DNA of 43,786 nt from Actinomycetota bacterium. Its GTDB lineage: Bacteria; Actinomycetota; Thermoleophilia; Gaiellales; Gaiellaceae. The notes beneath the pieces are model-generated. The model was not told the origin of the DNA and ran no database searches. It worked only from the letters and a program-made list of their open reading frames with translations. Location of the stretch: contig JBKOVL010000147.1 of assembly GCA_046723895.1 (NCBI GenBank), positions 1-43,786 on the forward strand. The letters are read 5' to 3'. Of the stretch, positions 41,317 through 43,786 are shown in pieces. The position numbers were made by a program, and so were the translations under genes. Positions within the stretch are counted from its first letter, which is position 1. Each line of letters opens with the position of its first letter.

Positions 41317-42275
41317 CGTTCGGGTCGCCGTGGACCCTGCTCTGGCTGCTCGCGATTCCGGCCCTCGTGGCCGCGTACGTGGCCAGGGACCGTCGGCGAA
41401 ACCGCTTCGCCGGGCGCTGGACGACGCCTGCCCTTCTTCCCAACCTCGTCGATCGTGCTCCCGGCCGGAGACGACACCTGCCGGTTGCGATCCTGCTCGT
41501 CGCGCTCGCCGCCCTGATCGTCGGCGTCGCACGCCCGCATGCGACCGTCACCGTCCCGCGCGAGGAGGCAACGGTCCTGCTCGCGATGGATGCGTCCCGC
41601 TCGATGGGAGCCGACGACATCACCCCGACCCGCCTCGCGGCCGCCCAGGCCGCGGCGAACCACTTCGTCGACCTCGTTCCGAAGCGCTTCCGGATCGGCG
41701 TCGTCTCCTTCTCCTCCAGGGCGCAGCTCGCGCTCGCGCCGACGGACGACCGCGGGCTCGCGCACGAGGCGCTCGCGACGCTGCACCCCGGGGAGGGGAC
41801 GGCGATCGGCGACGCGGTGCTGCTGGCCGCCCGGCTGAAGCTCCGGGAGCGCTCGAAGGACGGGAGCACGCCGCCGACCTCGGTGCTGCTCATCTCCGAT
41901 GGTGCGCGCGACGGCGGCCGTACGAGCCCCCTCGCCGCCGCCGAGCAGGCCCGTCGCCTGCAGGTGCCCGTCTACACGATCTCGCTGGGGAGCCCGGGCG
42001 GGACCGTCCAGCACCAACTCCCGGGCGGCTACGTGGAGACGATCCGCGTGCCGCCGAGCCCGGAGACCCTGCAGATGATCGCGCGGACGACCGGTGGGCA
42101 GTTCTTCACGGCCGCGACCGACGAGCAGCTGAAGCGGGTGTACGACGGCCTTGGCTCGAAGCTCGGCCACAGGAGGAAGTCGCGCGAGATCACCGACCTC
42201 TTCGCCGGCGGCGCCGCGTTCCTGCTGATCGTCGGTGCCGGACTGTCGGCGTACTGGTTCAGGAGGGTGGCATGA
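41313..42275 (+). CDS. VWA-domain membrane protein (BatA-like)
   Basis: N-terminal TM helices, the MIDAS motif LAMDASRSM, GTAIGDA, and a C-terminal TM helix. ATG overlaps the DUF58 stop (ATGA). Confidence 0.85.
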   Translation: MTFGSPWTLLWLLAIPALVAAYVARDRRRNRFAGRWTTPALLPNLVDRAPGRRRHLPVAILLVALAALIVGVARPHATVTVPREEATVLLAMDASRSMGADDITPTRLAAAQAAANHFVDLVPKRFRIGVVSFSSRAQLALAPTDDRGLAHEALATLHPGEGTAIGDAVLLAARLKLRERSKDGSTPPTSVLLISDGARDGGRTSPLAAAEQARRLQVPVYTISLGSPGGTVQHQLPGGYVETIRVPPSPETLQMIARTTGGQFFTAATDEQLKRVYDGLGSKLGHRRKSREITDLFAGGAAFLLIVGAGLSAYWFRRVA

Positions 42276-42967
42276 CCGTCCCACGGCTCGTTCTGGCCGG
42301 TGGGCTGACGGCGGCCGCGCTGACCGTTGCTGCGCCCGCGAGCGCCACGAATGAGTGCCGCGGACTCGACGTCTGCGTTGCCGTCGCCGGTCCGTGGGTG
42401 GTCGTACCCGGCGCGCCGGCGGTTCCGCGGGTCAAGACGCAGTACCAGCTCAGCTGCCCGCGCGGATTCGTCGTCGGCGGCACGGACGCCGAGCTCACCG
42501 ACAAGGCGATCGACCTCACCTTCCTCGGAGCGTCCGGCAGCCCGGTCTCTCCAGGCGTGACGACCTCGCGCACCCTCGTGTTCGTCGGCGTCTACACCGG
42601 GACGTCTGCCCGGACCCCGACTTTTCGCCCTCACATCGGGTGTGTTCCCACGATGGGCGGCGGCCGGCGGACGCCGACCGGCGTCTCTGCCGTCACTCCT
42701 CCGGGGATGCCGACGGTGCGGCGCGTAGTCACCGCTCGTGTCGACGGCACGAGGCGGATCGTCGCCTCCTGCCGGGCGAACGAGCGCCTGGTCGACTGGT
42801 ATGCAAGCCGGGCATTCGCCACGCCGGACCCGCCGCCCGAGGGGCTGGTCGCGAGCCTGTCCGTGACCGCCCGCGTCGCCGGCGAGGCGGCGACCGCCGT
42901 CGCACGTGCCCGGCGCGGGCGCGGAATCGTCCAGGTTGCGGCGGTGTGCGCAGGTGGTGAGCAGTGA
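42272..42967 (+). CDS. Secreted Cys-containing hypothetical protein (231 aa) embedded in the MoxR/VWA operon
   Basis: Signal peptide MTVPRLVLAGGLTAAALTVAAPASA/TNE. The predicted mature part contains six Cys. AGGAGGG lies 4 nt upstream. The gene is coupled by ATGA at its 5' end and GTGA at its 3' end. I recognise no family. Confidence 0.6.
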   Translation: MTVPRLVLAGGLTAAALTVAAPASATNECRGLDVCVAVAGPWVVVPGAPAVPRVKTQYQLSCPRGFVVGGTDAELTDKAIDLTFLGASGSPVSPGVTTSRTLVFVGVYTGTSARTPTFRPHIGCVPTMGGGRRTPTGVSAVTPPGMPTVRRVVTARVDGTRRIVASCRANERLVDWYASRAFATPDPPPEGLVASLSVTARVAGEAATAVARARRGRGIVQVAAVCAGGEQ

Positions 42968-43786
42968 GCTTCGGGCATCCCCTCCTCCTGCTCACGCTGC
43001 TGGCACTGCCGGCGCTGGCAGCCCTCTACCTCTACCTGGAGCGACGCCCGCCCCGCTACGCGATGACCTTCACGAACGTGGACCTGCTGATCGCCGTCTC
43101 GCGCGGGCGGGCGATCCGCCGCTACCTGCCTCCTGCTCTGGCGCTGCTCGCGCTCGCCGCGCTCTGCATCGCCCTCGCGCGCCCGCACCGGAGCACGCTC
43201 GTTCCCTCCGATCAGGCCGAGGTCGTCCTCGTCGTGGACGTGTCCGGCTCCATGCAGGCGAAGGACGTCAAGCCGACGCGGCTCGGCGCCGCCCAAGCCG
43301 CCGTCCGCATGTTCCTCGACCGCGTCCCGAAAAAGGTCAAGGTCGCGCTGATCGCCTTCGCCGGCGACCCGCAGGTCGCCGCGCCGCCGACGACCGACCG
43401 CGACCTCGTCCGCCAGGCGCTCGATTCCCTCGGCTACTTCTCCGGCTTCGGAGGCACGGCGATCGGCGACGCGCTCGCGGCCGCAGTCGATCTCGTCAAC
43501 CCGCCGCCTCCGGAGGGTGCGCAGACGATCGCCTACACGGTGGCAGCTCAGCCGAAGCACCGGAGCCCGGTTTCGATCCTCTTCCTCTCGGACGGCCATC
43601 AGACGCGAGGGCTGTTGCAGCCGCTCCAAGGCGCCGAGCGCGCGCGCCGGGCGGGCATTCCCGTGTTCACGATCGCGCTCGGCACTCCGAACGGCGTACT
43701 CGACCGCGGTTTTCGGGGCAGCCCGGGTGGAGGATTCGGCGGGGGCTTCGGACGGCTGATCCCGGTGCCGCCCGACCCGGTCACGC
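42964..43786 (+). CDS. Second VWA-domain membrane protein (BatB-like), 3' end outside the window
   Basis: Starts VSFGHPLLLLTLLALPALAALYLYL, with the MIDAS motif VVDVSGSM, GTAIGDA and LSDGHQT. The frame is open to the window end and so is absent from the ORF track. Confidence 0.8.
   Translation, partial: MSFGHPLLLLTLLALPALAALYLYLERRPPRYAMTFTNVDLLIAVSRGRAIRRYLPPALALLALAALCIALARPHRSTLVPSDQAEVVLVVDVSGSMQAKDVKPTRLGAAQAAVRMFLDRVPKKVKVALIAFAGDPQVAAPPTTDRDLVRQALDSLGYFSGFGGTAIGDALAAAVDLVNPPPPEGAQTIAYTVAAQPKHRSPVSILFLSDGHQTRGLLQPLQGAERARRAGIPVFTIALGTPNGVLDRGFRGSPGGGFGGGFGRLIPVPPDPVT

Overview
43.8-kb, roughly 70% GC, gene-dense chromosomal segment. Gene content and synteny look actinobacterial: rny' ... 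miaB-miaA-dapF ... hflX-dut, murT-gatD, two sigma-70 genes, apt, an FHA(GarA-like)-MerR pair and pgsA. RNase Y together with MurT/GatD suggests a deep-branching Actinomycetota such as Thermoleophilia or Rubrobacteria; this is inference only. I call 46 CDS (two truncated by the window edges) plus a few hairpins, palindromes and promoter-like sites. Many long ORF-track entries are off-frame or antisense artefacts of the high GC content, or read through upstream of the real start, and I trimmed them using motif positions, RBS and stop/start overlaps. I recognised no rRNA, tRNA, CRISPR array, transposase, integrase or phage gene. The window is mostly housekeeping. The points most worth a second look are: (1) the dapF homolog has Ser in place of both catalytic Cys; (2) a 491-aa protein is a tandem duplication of a complete GT32/DXD glycosyltransferase plus coiled-coil module; (3) an 81-aa coiled-coil protein carries a near-perfect single copy of the RsiG c-di-GMP-binding motif; (4) a ManC-type nucleotidyltransferase is fused to a PGM/PMM-like domain in which all four catalytic motifs look degenerate; (5) a translationally coupled MBL-PAP2-flippase-like operon faces a convergent paralog and a holin-like/alkaline-phosphatase fusion; (6) a Cys-containing secreted protein is inserted between the two VWA genes of a MoxR-DUF58-VWA operon; (7) a protein consists only of homing-endonuclease-associated repeats. 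All functional calls come from motif recognition by eye. No database search was run.
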